From: Eledone cirrhosa
Lineage: Eukaryota
Length of the DNA: 64,000 bases
Assembly (NCBI GenBank): GCA_964016885.1
Contig: OZ024742.1
Coordinates: forward strand, 350,858,001-350,922,000
Direction: 5' to 3'
The notes below the pieces were generated by a model, which had not been told where the DNA came from, made no database searches, and saw only the letters and a list, made by a program, of their open reading frames with translations. Made by a program: the position numbers and the translations under genes. Below, piece after piece: positions 40,982 to 56,856 of this stretch; positions within the stretch are counted from its first letter, which is position 1, and each line of letters begins with the position of its first letter.

Positions 40982-41653
40982 GTAATAATAAATGTGAAGA
41001 CTATAATCCAAAGAGGACTCGGTAAGGAGCAAATATTTATTATAAGAACATTACAAATATATATATAAATAAATAATAATTATGTTATTTTCAGTTATAT
41101 ACACACTATATACTACTATAAACAGGAAAGGTCAGTAATTTATTACTACCGTATTACCAGTAAGAAAAATAGCTCAATGTAAATACATCAGATGTTTTAC
41201 AGAACATTACAGAAACAATGTCATAATACATCCACCATAAACTCATAATGTTAATACCCAAACACCTTTGCCTGCTTGATATGCTTGTAAACCTATGTTA
41301 TTTTATGTGATACCTTTGGCATACAGTAATTATATATGCCTAGTACCATTGCTTGTTTCCTACATAACTGTCCTGTATATGCCTGACGCATTTGCACTCT
41401 CTATAATGCTTTAATTATTATACTATTCTCTTGTAATGTTTGTCACATCCATTCCACTCTGTAAACACGAAACTGTTGATGACAACATTAATATCCATGT
41501 ATCTCTATGATTGTTCAGTTTAATAGGAAGTTAATTATATGTCCAAACGTTGCTAGTGCTCCGAGGAATGCAAACAAAAGTTTAGAAGAAAAGATTGTCA
41601 ACAATAAAATGATTTGAACATAGTTTTGATTATTGTGTAATTTATATAAATAA

Positions 41654-41709
<56 letters not shown>

Positions 41710-41844
41710 GGAATAGAATGAAACGAAATTTTATTTCTCACACTCAGTACGGCACTTACATAAATATATATATATATATATATTTATTAAAATTATTATT
41801 ATTATTATTATTATTACTATATATATATATATATTTATGAAGCT

Positions 41845-42189
41845 GTGGTCACTTCCAACCCACCAAACGAACCACAGGAGGTCAAATCCTATGTGGGCAT
41901 GGCGGAGGGCCGACTCAAGGAGCGTTTCCTGAACCACCAGTCTACCTTCAGATACCTGGACAGACGTTCATCCACGAAACTCGCGAGCCACATATGGTCC
42001 CTCAAGGACACAAATATAGGCTACTCCATTCAATGGAAAGCCATCACTAAGTCCAAGCCATACGCAAGGGGAAATCCGACGTGTGGCTTATGTATTAACG
42101 AACGAATAACTATCCTAAAGAGATTACGCAATAGTGGTTGCCTAAACACGAGAAGTGAATTTTTTCACACGTTGTCCATACGTCACTAA
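41845..42189 (+). pseudogene. GIY-YIG endonuclease fragment of a second PLE family (5'-truncated; 3' UTR to ~42465)
   Basis: SYVGMAEGRLKERFLNH, TKLASHIWSLK, CGLCINERITI..LNTRSE. Confidence 0.85.
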
Positions 42190-42850
42190 TCATCTATTGC
42201 ATAACTACAAGGCTGCGGACTGATTCTTTGTAATTTTATTTTTATTTTTTTAATTTTATTTTCAATCTAAAAACTTTCTGGACTTTCGCAGTTATTTCCC
42301 TTACACCTCCCGCACGCAGTCTATTATTACCTGTGTAAAGTGACCGAGTTTCTGCGCATGCGCGTTCGTACGGTTGTCCTTCCTGTTGCTATAACCATAC
42401 ACATCTGCGAAGGTGAAACAATTTTTCTCGGTATGGTGAACTAACTGTTGTGTAACCACTTCTATATATATATTGTCTTTGCGTGCTATTGTTCTCCACG
42501 CTCCACATATGACGTAGTATGTTCGTTTTTTCGTTCATTGCCAGAGAACGTCTCTATGCACCACCTAAGAGAACATTAGTCTACGACCTCTTTTATACCA
42601 TAAACGTGGTTCTGTCTTTGCGCGTAATTACTTTTCACCGCTCCTATTAATGACGTATTATATTCGTTTTTTCCCGTTCTTAGCCAGCAACATTTCCACG
42701 AAGCAAAGTATCGTCTTCCTGTCTTCCTCCGGTTGCAACGTTTTTTGAAATATCCAGTTCTGCGTTTACAGATTGACTTTGTTAGTTTCAGAAGATCCCG
42801 TTAAGGGTGAAAGCAGCGATTCTTTGCTTAAACTTTAATCTGTTATTTTA

Positions 42851-42927
<77 letters not shown>

Positions 42928-43356
42928 TAAGTATGAACAGGTGCACTCGTATATAGATATATAGATATATTTATTAAAATAACGGATTAAAGTTTAAGCA
43001 AATAATCGCGGCTTTCACCCTTAACGGGTTCTTATATATTTGATATATATTTATCCTTATCGAGCCCTCTTTGGATTTTAGTCTTCAAATTTATCTTATA
43101 CACACACACACACACATATATATACATATAGTAATAATAATAAATTTGAAGACTAAAATCCAAAGAGGGCTCGATAAGGATAAATATATATCAAATATAT
43201 AAGTACCGTAGAGAAAATATTTATTAAAATAACAGATTAAAGTTTAAGCAAAGAATCGCTGCTTTCACCGTTAACGGGATCTTCTGAAGATCGCGTAAGG
43301 TTGAAAGCAGCGATTCTTTGCTTAAACTTTAATCTGTTATTTTAATAAATAAATAA

Positions 43357-43430
<74 letters not shown>

Positions 43431-43795
43431 GTATGGCTTATATCGAACACTAATAGTGGTGTTCGATTCGTTTGTAAATAAACCACCCGATTTGAAACAG
43501 TGACGGTTAGAGATTGTCACCGGTTTCGGCACCAGTGGGTTTCTTGGTCAGAGTTCAAGTCTCCGACCTGTACAATGGCTCAGCGTCCACTGTAGCAACG
43601 AAGAGGCCAATCTTCACGTCTTTACGAAGGTACGACTTCCACACCGATTTCAAACTGTGACACATCACCCAGACTTGCTCTTCCTCTTAACTATATCATC
43701 CTCTGTGTTCCCAATTTTTGCACTCAGATAAATTATTTGCTCAATCAACTCTAGCGGCTTACCGCTTACATTCATAATCTTCTCTGTCTTCTTAA

Positions 43796-43854
<59 letters not shown>

Positions 43855-43980
43855 GGAAAAAATGAAACGAAATTTAATTTCTCACTCTTAGTACGGCTGT
43901 TACTAAAATATAAGTATGTATACGTACATACATATATGTATACAGACGTACAGTAGTATGTATATATATATACATGCATG

Positions 43981-44039
<59 letters not shown>

Positions 44040-44136
44040 GTACATATACATATGTGTGCATGTATGTATATATATATACATACTACTGTACGTCTGTATA
44101 CATATATGTATGTACGTATACATACTTATATATATA

Positions 44137-44211
<75 letters not shown>

Positions 44212-44309
44212 AGTTTATGTATAAGTATATAAGTGAATGTATGAATGCATATTTCATAATGATCTGACTTCTACATGTTCAAGACGGGTTTATTCAAGTC
44301 CATTATTCT

Positions 44310-44368
<59 letters not shown>

Positions 44369-44842
44369 TAAAAATAGACAAGGGTTAAAATGTCCTTTTC
44401 AGTAGTCTTCTGATTTATCGTTGGTATTTCGACGCATTAAAGACTATATACCTAAAATCAGTGCGAGCGATAACTCAATTAAGTTATCGGGACAGTGGGA
44501 AAGCGAAGGGAAGAAAACAAACACTTGGTGGTATGCAACGAAAAGAGAGGAAAATTATAGACAGGTCAATGAATCACGTGGGAATAAGCTCGACATATCA
44601 AATCGACGAGTAGAAATAGACTCGTCCGAGCTGCGAGAAGATTGAGAGAGGAAAGAAATTCAAGCAGGTCAGACGGGAGGAAGTGAAAGGGGGAGAAACA
44701 GAGAGGGAGTGAGTGAAAGTTGGAGGAAGGACCATCCGAGAGTGAGTGACCAGCATCAGGAGTTGATGAAGGCAAGAGGTGAAGGAGAGAGAAGGGATGA
44801 TAGCGATAAGGTAACAGAAAATATACGAACCACAGCGAAGGG

Positions 44843-44919
<77 letters not shown>

Positions 44920-46639
44920 ATGCAAAAGTTAAACAGAAATAACAACACAATCAGTACAGTATATGGAAGCTATATATTAGGTTATATATATACCTTCTTA
45001 CCCATCCTGATAAATCCCTTTTTCTCCACTGTTTCGACATCACCTTTCTCTTAACTTTAACTCTTTTCTGGTGAAAGAATGGCGATTGATACGTGGAGAC
45101 CTCCCATTCCTTTCATTTTTACGACCAGGATTAAACTATTAAAATGTCGTCTAATTTTATCCCAGTTTATGTCTTTTTTAAAACACAAGCACTCTCTCTC
45201 TCACATATATACATAAAGACAGATAGAGAGTGTGAGAGAGAGGGGGGAGAAGTGAGAGAGGGAGAGACGAGAGAGAGAGACATATTCTGGCATTGCTAGT
45301 TGCATAGATTGTCTTCATCATTTTCAACCCTATTACTGGGCGTGAGGCGTTCACTAGTTGTCCCTATGTTGTGTTATCTCATAAGTATGTAAGCAACCTT
45401 GGCACAATATTACGCTACACCACCCCGGTTAAACATACATACGACCCATTCTATTTACATAAAACAGATTTTGTTATTATTAAATGATAATAGTTTGCGG
45501 GAATATCCATAATTTGTAGTTTGTTTCAAAATGTAGAATTAAATCTAAAATATGTTCTTTTCTACATTATTATATATTTATTTGATATTTATTACATGTG
45601 CAGCTCATTATTAGATCTGACTATTTAAACTCATATGTTTATTTACTTTTAATCATTTATTAATATATTTTCCTGTTAAAATCTATTTGATTTAACGTCT
45701 GAATTCCGTTAGAGATTTTAAATATAATTTGAATATTGATCTAGATATTTCCTTTTAAATCAAAGATCAAGGCCGGCAAAGTTGGAAGAAGTGTGGAGTG
45801 CATTATATCAACACATTACATGACTGGTACATTATTTTCTTGACCTCAGAAAGATGAAAGGTAAATTTGACATTGGCAGTATTTGATTTCAAAATGAAAC
45901 GAACGCAACGTAAAATCACAGTGAGGTGTTATCCGTCGTTCTACCAATTTTTCCACACCATTACCTTTTATAACTTAAATATTTAACACATAATCTTGAG
46001 TTGCATGACGTTTTTTCTGCTTCAGAATCGCATAATTCTCTTGAGTTAGAAAATATATCTTTTATTATTGTTTTATATGGGAGGTCATTTTTTCCATGGA
46101 AACATAGCTGATTTAAAATGCGTATACTTTCAATAGTTTATTGAATAAGCATTTCAATACATTCGTGAGCACTGCATGCATTTTTTTTATATGAGTGTTG
46201 GATATTTAATAGAGCTTTGGAATTCTATATGGTGTGATATGAGAAAAAACGGCAGGTACAGCGAACAAGATGACTCAAATAATAGACTCAAAACAAACTT
46301 GCTTATTCTGAATACTGTAACACTATTGCTACTCAAACAACATCTACGCCTTCTATAGTTAAATTGCTTCGTGTTCAACTGAATTACTATTATTGGATAA
46401 AAAGCTTATCAAGTCAAACATGTCATTTTGCACCGATTTCATTCTCTTCAATCTTACATCTCACACCAAAATAATTCATTATTTTAATGGATACCATATT
46501 ACATCAGCAGTCTATTCCCCATCTCTCTCTATATGCCTACACACAAACAGACACTCAAGCACACACGCACCCACACCCACACACACATACATACGCACAT
46601 ACACAAACACATATATATATACATAAACACATACATACA

Positions 46640-46680
<41 letters not shown>

Positions 46681-46786
46681 GTAGATCGATATCTTCTGAA
46701 CAAAGGTAACTATATCCACATATATATTATTATATATGTGTTTGTGTGTATGTATACATATGCATATTTACACACACATGCACACA

Positions 46787-46837
<51 letters not shown>

Positions 46838-47338
46838 ACGATTACAAAATTACGGATATATAAACCCACACACAAAACACACAATTCTGGAAAGAAGGAG
46901 ATATGATGAAAGAAGGTAGGTAATTCAATCGAACAATCATCACTCAATCGAAGATATTCTATTTTTGTCAGTATGGCGAGATATTTCTGGCGATAGTGAC
47001 AGAAAATGAATTCATCTCAACAGTCAAAGAATAATATCAATTTAGTCTGTGTTTTTAAAGTTAGCCTCTAGTATTTTTATCTCTTCATAAATTGCAAAAT
47101 TTATTCTCAGTGGATTCACTATCAGAATTATGGAAGAGACATGTGTTAAGAATATCAGATTGCTCGTCTATAGAGATCTTAGAGGAAGTCATAGTATCAA
47201 TACTGTTGAAGAATATCAAAAACGTCTTATTTTCAATGGACATATTAGTTTTGATTGAAATAAGACCATGAAATTGTATGCTATGCCTTCAGCTAAATTA
47301 TATTCTAATGCGTGTGCACACACACACACACACACACA

Positions 47339-47379
<41 letters not shown>

Positions 47380-47610
47380 GCGCACACACATATAAATATA
47401 TATATATATGTATATGTATATGGATGTGTGAGTGTGTGTTTATCCTTATTATCTGCGTCATCATTGTGAATGGACTTGCCGTACCTGGTAGAAAATATAG
47501 TTAACGCAATATGAAAAAAAGACACAATATCATGTCTGTGTGATTATTCCATCTCGGATAAAATTGTTTCATATAAGATGAGATATAGAAAATTAATTAA
47601 TTACTTCATG

Positions 47611-47708
<98 letters not shown>

Positions 47709-47717
47709 ATATATATA

Positions 47718-48010
47718 CTGAGGATGGCTCTGAATATTAATCAGTATACCAAAAGTCAGCTCAAAAGTGACACAGAGGAGACTGAGCTTAGCTGAACATG
47801 CTCAGCGACATCCAGAGTTGACATTGCACTCAGTACTCCTGTGGGAGACCCTACATGGACACACTGGAAGAGGAAGACCAAGGTTAACATATGTTGATGC
47901 CCTAAGGACAGACACTGGTCTGTTGGAGACGCAGGGCATGGCAGCGATAATGAGGGACAGAGACCGCTGGAGAGAACTCGTCCATGGATCTAAGGAATTT
48001 TACCCACCCT

Positions 48011-48012
<2 letters not shown>
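47718..48012 (+). pseudogene. 3' fragment of an RTE-like non-LTR retrotransposon ORF
   Basis: QRRLSLAEHAQRH...VLLWETLHGHTGRGRPRLTYVDALRTDTG resembles the RTE C-terminus. Flanked by (TA)n. Confidence 0.7.
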
Positions 48013-48087
<75 letters not shown>

Positions 48088-48514
48088 GTGAAGTTGGAAA
48101 TGGCACGGAAAATGTATTTAAGGGTTTGATTTTTATTTTATCCTTTCTTTGATTCCTCAAAGTGACATTATTGAAAAAATGAGTGGGACAATTCTTTAAA
48201 AAAATGGTTTTATGATGTATATAAAGTATTACCGGTTTCGATGTATTATTAAAATTCATCAAATGTTGAGTATTGAAATAAAAAATTAAAAGAATTAATA
48301 GGAGTTGAAAACTAAATTTAAAATTAAAATCAAATGTTGGAGTAAGTTTTTTACCTATCATTATTGCTCAAAATTTGGCTGGAGAATGAGTTCTTGTTAG
48401 AGAGGTGGTAGTGAAGATAGCGGCAGCTATGTTTCTTCACAGAACAAAGTTGTATTGGGGGGGCAAAGGAAACATCCTGTAAATATGTATGCGTATATCT
48501 GATTGTGTTAATTG

Positions 48515-48629
<115 letters not shown>

Positions 48630-49355
48630 CATATACATACATATATATATCAGTAGTTCCAGACTGAATCAATCTGGGACTAGCTGTTGAAGAGGCAATA
48701 GCTCAACTGTTTTGGTCCTGACTCGAGTATAACTATACTCTACTACACCAAGCATCGAAGACTATGTTGAGTAATGTTCTAACCAGTTTCTGAACACATA
48801 TAGTTAACATCCGTTATAACGAAATTCACGGGGTATAAAAAATATTCGTTAAATATATTCTCCTTAAACTTGAGAGATGTGTCTTTTTACGTTGATTTTC
48901 TTTACAAGGGAAATCTCATCTTATCTTAGCTCGGTCGATAAAAACAGTACTAGATTGGTTCGAATGTGTAGACACATGACCCTCCCCTTGTCTCCGAAAA
49001 TACTGTAGGTACTATGAGAAAGCAAGCGACAAGTATTTCATGTTTCATGTCTATAAAGGAAATCAATATATTTGATATAGCGTAATGTTGAAGTATTTGT
49101 TAGAGCAGTGGACAAAACATCGTTCTGTGTTGAAACCCCTTTAGGGTACATGTAATTCAAGCTTTTCTGGTTGTGGAAAGTAAGAATCATGTGCGTAGAT
49201 TGCCCGTTATATCTTTTCCTTCCCCAAATTATATAGCATATGCCGAGACGATCGATATCAATATGTATATATACACACACGAACACCCAGACCCACACCC
49301 ACACCCACACAGGCACACGCACACTCACACATACATTCACACACACACATACACA

Positions 49356-49491
<136 letters not shown>

Positions 49492-51197
49492 TTTGTCTAC
49501 CTTATAAATAATCTTACGTACAATTTACTGTTGCTTCGTTAAATTTCAGTGTTTAGTTGAAGTCTGTTGGTTTTACAGAAGACAGAATAGAATTCTTGTA
49601 TAATATTCGGCTTCAGGCAAAATCGTGTCCGTCGCGATCAAAATGACTAATGAACCGTGGCCTTCGTTCTCATTATCTATAGTTAAGTATACTACAGACG
49701 GACGTCTTACAGAATTAGAAAGTGAATTATATACAACGATCTTTATTTTATTTCTTACTTATCTTACGTACTTTGTGACCGTTGGAGTTAGGTTAGAAAC
49801 CAGCCAGTCAGTGGTTCGCAGCAGGTGGATGGCGCGAGTAGCAGTGAAATGCCTGTGCTATAAATATTTCTTCTGAGAATGAAGCAGTTTACAGGTGTGT
49901 ACATATTCCGTTAATATGAATTCTAATTTATGAAAAAAGCGTGCAAAATGATAGGGATAGACAAAGGTCGTTAAATCAAGTACAGTGTCTGATTGATATT
50001 TTGTTTTATAGACTCCCAAGAGGAGGGAAATAAACTCTGTTAGATTTGATACAATATCTAAAGGGTTGTACTGCAAAATAATGCATGTAACCGTCTAACT
50101 GCAAATTATTTCATCTTATGGTCTAACTGCATATCGTCGCCCTAAATATTACGTTTAATATACTTTAGCGAAAACACTCATGCAAACCACGCACAGAGGC
50201 GTGATACATATATTTACGGGGGACGTAAGACAAGTTTCTAATACATTTCCTTCAATAGTCATTGGCAAAGTTCCTCTACGGTGGAAGAAATATGTCCAAG
50301 TATATGTGCGGGATAGAAACTGAAACAATCAGTTATGAAGTTGGGCTATTGTAGAAAACTTTCATAGCTGTTGTATGATATAGATTCTCTTGTTACTGAA
50401 TTAAGATGTCAGCTACGAAGAAAGTATTATTTGTGTCATGTATAATGTGTTTGTTTTTAAGATATATGAATATGTAATATGCTTTGTCTCTTTGGTATAT
50501 TTAGCAAGTTAAATCATTATATTTATCTACAAATAACAAAAGAAAAGCTAATGGAACTAAATAAGTTTACCATGATTGTTAATAATTCATGACGTTCACT
50601 TTGAAATCTTGACACATTTTGGCAGCTATTTTCATTTTCAATTGTTTTTTTAGTTGCTCATTACAATTATTTTTTTTTTTTTTCAAATACACAACGCACT
50701 GAATTTACATAAACCGAAACTAATAGTACATCTGCAATTTTTCATGGTGTACTCGTTTGTTTGAATAATGTTAGTAAAACATTTGTATGTTTTATTGTGG
50801 AATTTTACAGATTTTACGAGGAAATATTTGAGAATTTCATGTGTCATGTCCGTATGTTTATGTAAATATGGATCTATTCACATGTATGTTGTTGGAGATT
50901 ATTAATTCGGATATATAGAAATTTTGAAGAGAAAATGTCGGATCTTGAATTAAACGACTCCGCAAAACACAGAACTGGGAAATCAAAAAGTGTATATTTT
51001 GAATATTTGTTAGATAGTAACAAATAGGGAAAGAAAATAATAAAACAACTGTGATAGAGTATAACTGGTATACTAGGTAAAGTTTCACTTCGTTTGCATT
51101 GTATTTTCTTTTCTTATTGATTTCCTTCCGTAAGAATGTTATTACTGTAGCTAGAGATGTAAGTATAAAATATTGTACACACACACATATACACGCG

Positions 51198-51259
<62 letters not shown>

Positions 51260-51861
51260 TCCCTGGCCTAGCAATTAACCAGTTAATGTTATTAGATAAT
51301 CTATTGACTGATTAATTGCTTAAGTTTATTTAAAAAACTACCCGGTCGAGATCTAAGTTGATTTGTGCAGTTTTTGAAATTGTTGCATTCATTTTACACT
51401 TGTTGAATTCATCTGCCAATAACTGGGGTTATCTCCCTTGCAGAGTTATGCACATGGTGTTTCACTACTGCATATTACTATTGCATTAATCCCGCATGCT
51501 GGCGTAGAACAAAATACCTGTTGAGGAAGTGACAGCCTTGTTCGATCATTATACCAAAAGCTTATTATTGAAGCAGGCAGTATAATTGATTTAGGTGTCG
51601 CAGAAACCCTTTACTGGATTATACCCTCAATTCCAGGTGTCCAGGTAAATATTCTTTTGTTTGACCTGTTTGGCTTGCCTCGTTTTTTTTGGCTTAGGTG
51701 GCTGATGGCTTCTTGATCGCCATCTCAGTTTGTTTGGCCTTTATAAACTATGTTTATTTCTCTGGTATTTTTTTAGTCCATTAATCGCTTGCCAGCATAA
51801 CTCGGATATTGCGTTTCGTTTTGTTTTCGACCACTGCCGAAATTCGATCTCGCTGAAATTA

Positions 51862-51901
<40 letters not shown>

Positions 51902-52947
51902 CATCTTTATCGAGCCCTCTTTGGATTTTAGTCTTCACATTTATTATTATTACTATATATATATACATACATATATATATATGTGAATTTGAAATATTAC
52001 TGTTCTCGCTTAGACGTGGACAATTGTCCTCCGGTGCATTTTCGTGTGAAAATCTCGGAGGATACTGGCTATTTCAATTGATGCAATTGTGAAAGCTTTA
52101 ATGTTTTCATATATTAAACTCTCCATGAGATAATTATATTGTTTTCATAGTTTAGGACTAATGGTAAGTTAATTTTAAAAGGAAACAATTTGGAAAATAT
52201 GTAAATACTAAACCAACATATTTTCCTGTAGTATATTATGCTTTTCAGCCATATGTAACTTAAGTGATTCCATACACACAACACATAAATAACATAGGAA
52301 TAATCCTATAAACACATAGAACTGAAGCAACACTCAGAAGAATTACGGAGGCCACACACATGATAGAATCTAGATCTAGACGGAACAGGTGACATGAGTG
52401 GTAGTATCACCCCGCAAATTAACGATTGAAGAGTGAATAGAAAAAAAAGATACAAACACAAAACTCGAAATATACTCCCCCCTCCCCCAACACACACACA
52501 AGCCCTCGAAAATGTGAAGAACATAGGACTACACATAACCAATGATCTTACTAGCCCCTTTATGATATAAACAGTTATACATATCAGACTTCAGAGAATG
52601 TATTCACTTCATTTAATGTTTATCAACTATCCACAGATATTTCACCAATGACAATGTCTTAGATGACTCACAATCACTTCTCCCAATTATCCAAACCACA
52701 TTTACCATATTAAATTATTAGGAAGACTATTACATTATTAGGAAGTCTCGTTTTTGATGAAATTAAACATACCCCAATTTCAACATTATTCACATAATGT
52801 TTGTTTCTTTATCGACTACACATATATAAATAATTATATATTCGATGCCTATAATTATATTGAAATAATGTGTACCCACGTGCACTTATATTTTAAAAAT
52901 GTAGCCAAATAAGTTAGTGTATATACATGATCTTCATTATTTTATAT

Positions 52948-53128
52948 GGTAGATTGGCAGAATCGGTAGAGCGTCAGACACCATGCTTTCTAGCATAGTT
53001 ACGTCCCTTTACAGTCTGAGTTCAAATCCCGCCGAGGTTAACTTTGCCTTTCATCCTTACGGGGTCGATAAAATAAAGTACCAGTAATGCACTGGGTAAT
53101 TGCTGGCCTTGTGCCAAAAGTAGAAACA
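52948..53128 (+). mobile_element. tRNA-like SINE with 12-bp TSD
   Basis: attattttatat at 52936-52947 and 53129-53140. Confidence 0.88.
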
Positions 53129-53626
53129 ATTATTTTATATATACTTATGTATTGTTATACTTGGGGAGGGTCATATTTGTGTAATATTGCCAGAATTAAT
53201 AACAGAACACACTCACTGTTTGGTTGGTTTTCGCTTCTCGCTGTCTTTTATATCGGTAATCTAACTTACTTGGTCCTCAATGTTGCCATTGACTGACCGA
53301 CGGTCAAAAATAATACAGATACAATATAGACACAAACACATATATATAGTTTATCATAAATCTTTCGTTGCACATCTGCAACATCGTCAGTGGTGTTATA
53401 TTTTCCTCCTGTTGTGTTGTATGTCTACGCCATTTTTTATTCAGTCTGTCTATATATTTATTTATTTATTTGCTTGTTTGTTTATTTTATTTTGTCTTCT
53501 TTGCGCATGCGTTTGCGTGTGTGTATAGTGTTATGTTTGCTGTGTGATGGGTGACTAGTGTGTGTTTATGTGCTTGTTGTTATTGTGCTTGTGTATGTAT
53601 TTATTTATCTTATTTTATTTACTTAT

Positions 53627-56165
53627 TTATACTTCTCTTAGTTCAGTGTTGTTGGTTTGGGTGTTGTTGTTATTCCATTCATTCTTTCTGTTTAGCTTTG
53701 GTCTTCTAATTTCTATTTCACTGGCCTCTCTGATTTGCCTATCTGCTGGGTCATTTCTATGTTTAGATATTATTCTAATTTCTATGTTGTCTATGCTACC
53801 GCCATGTTGTTGTCTAGCATGTTCGTATAGTACTGACCCGTTTCTTCGTCCTTTTAGTTCCCCCCTGTGTTGGTCTATCCTTTCACCTATGCTACGAGCT
53901 GTCTCACCTATGTATGTTGTTGTCATGTTTCTGCAAGTACCCTCTGTACATCTTATGGTATAGACTACGTTTCTAGTTTTACAGTTTATCCGGGGGTTCA
54001 CCTTACATATGATACATTTCCTATTGGTACAGTGGGTTTTCTTAAAAGGGTAGGTTTTGCTGATCAGGGATTTTATGGTGGTTCCTGTCTTTTCTACCAC
54101 CTTTATTTTTAAGTGGGTCTTTCTCAGGGCCTTTCTACACTGGTTAGCTAATTTCCCTCCAGGGGTGGCGTCCACAAACATGACACTCTGGTATCTCTGG
54201 TTGTCGTACCATGATGTGGCTTTCCCTATCTTATGTCTGGCCCTATCTAAGCTATTCCATGATTTGCTCCTGTATAATGGGCAAATTCCTTTCATGTCCA
54301 GTTCTATGAGGGTCTTATACTTTTCCATGGCTCATTCGTATACTCTGACTCTGTCTCTTTGGTTGTAGCCAGAGAACTGCATGCGGTTGATGAAGTGTTG
54401 GATGTATCTTTCCATTTCTGTTGGGTCGCACATGCGGGACACATTCTTCATCACTCGTACCAAATATGCGATCAGAATATTAAACTTAGCACTACTAGAC
54501 ATTTCTGAGTTTTTGAGGATCAGGTATTTGGAGGCCATGGGTTTAGCATAGTGTGAGTGGAGAATTTGGGCTCTCTCGTCTATAGTGTTAATCCAGAGTT
54601 CTGTGTCTAATACAGGTAGTCTATTGTTAGGGTGTTTGGAAGGGAAGTCGATAGTTACAGTTATACTCTGGTGTATGGAATTAGCTATCTGCTGGATGCT
54701 TTCCATCGTGCTACGTTCTAAATCAAACTTGTTAGTGCTCTCTAGTGGAGGTGTTCTTATAACTATATTGATATCGTCTACATAACGAGAGTACATGATG
54801 AGGTCTATGGAGCTCTCATTAAGGAGATCTTTAAGTCTCCTTTCCCACCGTACCATGAAAAGTTTGGCAACATCACCAGCTATGCTGACGCCAATGGCTG
54901 CTCCCTCATTTTGGGTGTAGATTTTCTCATTGAACTTAAATATGTGGCCCTTTAGGGTATTGCATGTGCGACCATTTTTCTTACCTGATCATTGCTTTGG
55001 GGGGTCCGTATAGCTTTGGTCCACCCAATCCACCTTCCCATGGGAGTCTTTTTTGCCATTGAGGTTATGGTGGGGGGTCTACCACTTATAGGTCTACTAG
55101 GGCAGAAACATCTAAAGTCATGGCTGTCTAGGTAGTCAGTGTCGTAGGTAAGTCTAAGTAGGAGGCCCAGTTCGTCTGTGTCGACGTCGCAGAACTCCAC
55201 CTCACTCTCAATGATCATCTCCACACATCTTTTCACAGCAAAATCAATGTTAATGGATGGGTACAGTGACACCACATCCATGATGCCTATTATGCAGTTG
55301 GATAGGCACCTGTTTTTGTTGCACTCACTGGTTCTGCTGAGGAGGTCCTCTGTACTGTCACATACATCTGAGGACATCTTGATTATGGGACGTATAACCA
55401 TTGAGAGGAAGTAGGAGGTCCTGTAGTTTCTAGCTATATTAGCTCCGCATACGGGTCTTGTTGGTGGTCCTGTTGTCGGGTCGTCGACTGTCTTGTGGTC
55501 TTTGCGGAGCCCATACAATGGTGGTATGCCATTGTTAGACGCCTGGAAGTTGTTGGCAGTGCGTCTGCTTGGCTTTAGGATGTCAGTCCACATCATCATG
55601 TGAGCGTTGAGGATTTTTTCTCTCCCATCGTGTGTTTGTTGTGCAACTTCGCTCGCATTGGTGATGTGGGGTTGCATAGCCTCGATGTAGTTCGGCATGC
55701 TATCCATTGACATCCTACCAGACTTATCTGTGGGTAGACACACTACCTCACCATCCCTTGTGCGCTGCTTGAGGCTAACCAAGCCTTCTACAGGTTTCCT
55801 CCCAAGTTGTTGGGCCTCTGGTCTGCTCTGTCTCTTAGTATACCTGTCTACTATTTGTCTAATCTTATTTCTAGCTATTTTTAATCTTATTTCTGCCTCT
55901 GTCTCATCTATTTGTTGTGGTATGCAAACTCTTTTATTAAAGGGTAACCTCGTAGGATAGATATTACCCATCTTATATGTTTTGTCACGCTGGGTTGAAA
56001 AATAGTTTCTCTAAAGGGTTGTCATTATATCTATCGTCATAGTTGTGTGTGTTGCTATTGTTGTTATCAGGGTGGTTGTTATTGTTTCTATCATTAGCAT
56101 TATTATTATTGTTATGATTGCTAGATGTATTGTTGTTTACTTCACCGTTATTGTTGTTGTTGTTA
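53627..56165 (-). pseudogene. PLE RT + GIY-YIG ORF, frameshifted (pieces 54952-55971, 54332-54856, 53627-54328)
   Basis: PTDKSGR, PPLYGLRKDHK, PTRPVC, DVVSLYPSI, RYVDD, NVVYTIRC, YIGET. Confidence 0.92.
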
Positions 56166-56627
56166 CTAAAAGGACGAATAAACGGGTCAGTACTATACGA
56201 ACATGCTAGACAACAACATGACGGTAACATAGACAACATAGAAATTAGAATAATATCTAAACATAGAAATGACCCAGCAGATAGGCAAATCAGAGAGGCC
56301 AGTGAAATAGAAATTAGAAGACTAAAGCTAAACAGAAAGAATGAATGGAATAACAACAACACCAAAACAAACAACACTGACCTAAGGGAAGTATAAATAA
56401 GTAAATAAAATCAGATAAATAAATACATACACAAGCACAATAACAACACGCACATAAACACACACTAGTCACCCATCACACAGCAAACATAACACTATAC
56501 ACACACGCAAACGCATGCGCAAAGAAGACACAATAAAATAAACAAACAAGCAAATAAATAAATAAATATATAAACAGACTTTATAAAAAATGGCGTAGAC
56601 ATACAACACAACAGGAGGAAAATATAA

Positions 56628-56670
56628 CACCACTGACGATGTTGCAGATGTGCAACGAAAGATTTATGTA
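56628..56670 (+). ncRNA. Hammerhead-like motif in the PLE pLTR (also 53352-53395 and 23792-23835 on -)
   Basis: CTGACGA-t-gttgca gatg tgcaac-GAAA-gattTA. Stem I is weak (ca/tg). Confidence 0.55.
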
Positions 56671-56856
56671 AATTATGTAAACTATATATATGTGTTTGTG
56701 TCTATATTGTATCTGTATTATTTTTGACCGTCGGTCAGTCAATGGCAACATTGAGGACCGAGTAAGTTAGATTACCGATATAAAAGACAGCGAGAAGCGA
56801 AAACCAACCAAACAGTGAGTGTGTTCTGTTATTAATTCTGGCAATATTACACAAAT

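Noticed and set aside
38000-41600. Possible host exons in unique AT-rich sequence (also 29800-31450, 34250-34950, 49500-51800)
   Set aside because: No ORF with recognisable motifs or convincing splice pair; homology or RNA-seq data would be needed.
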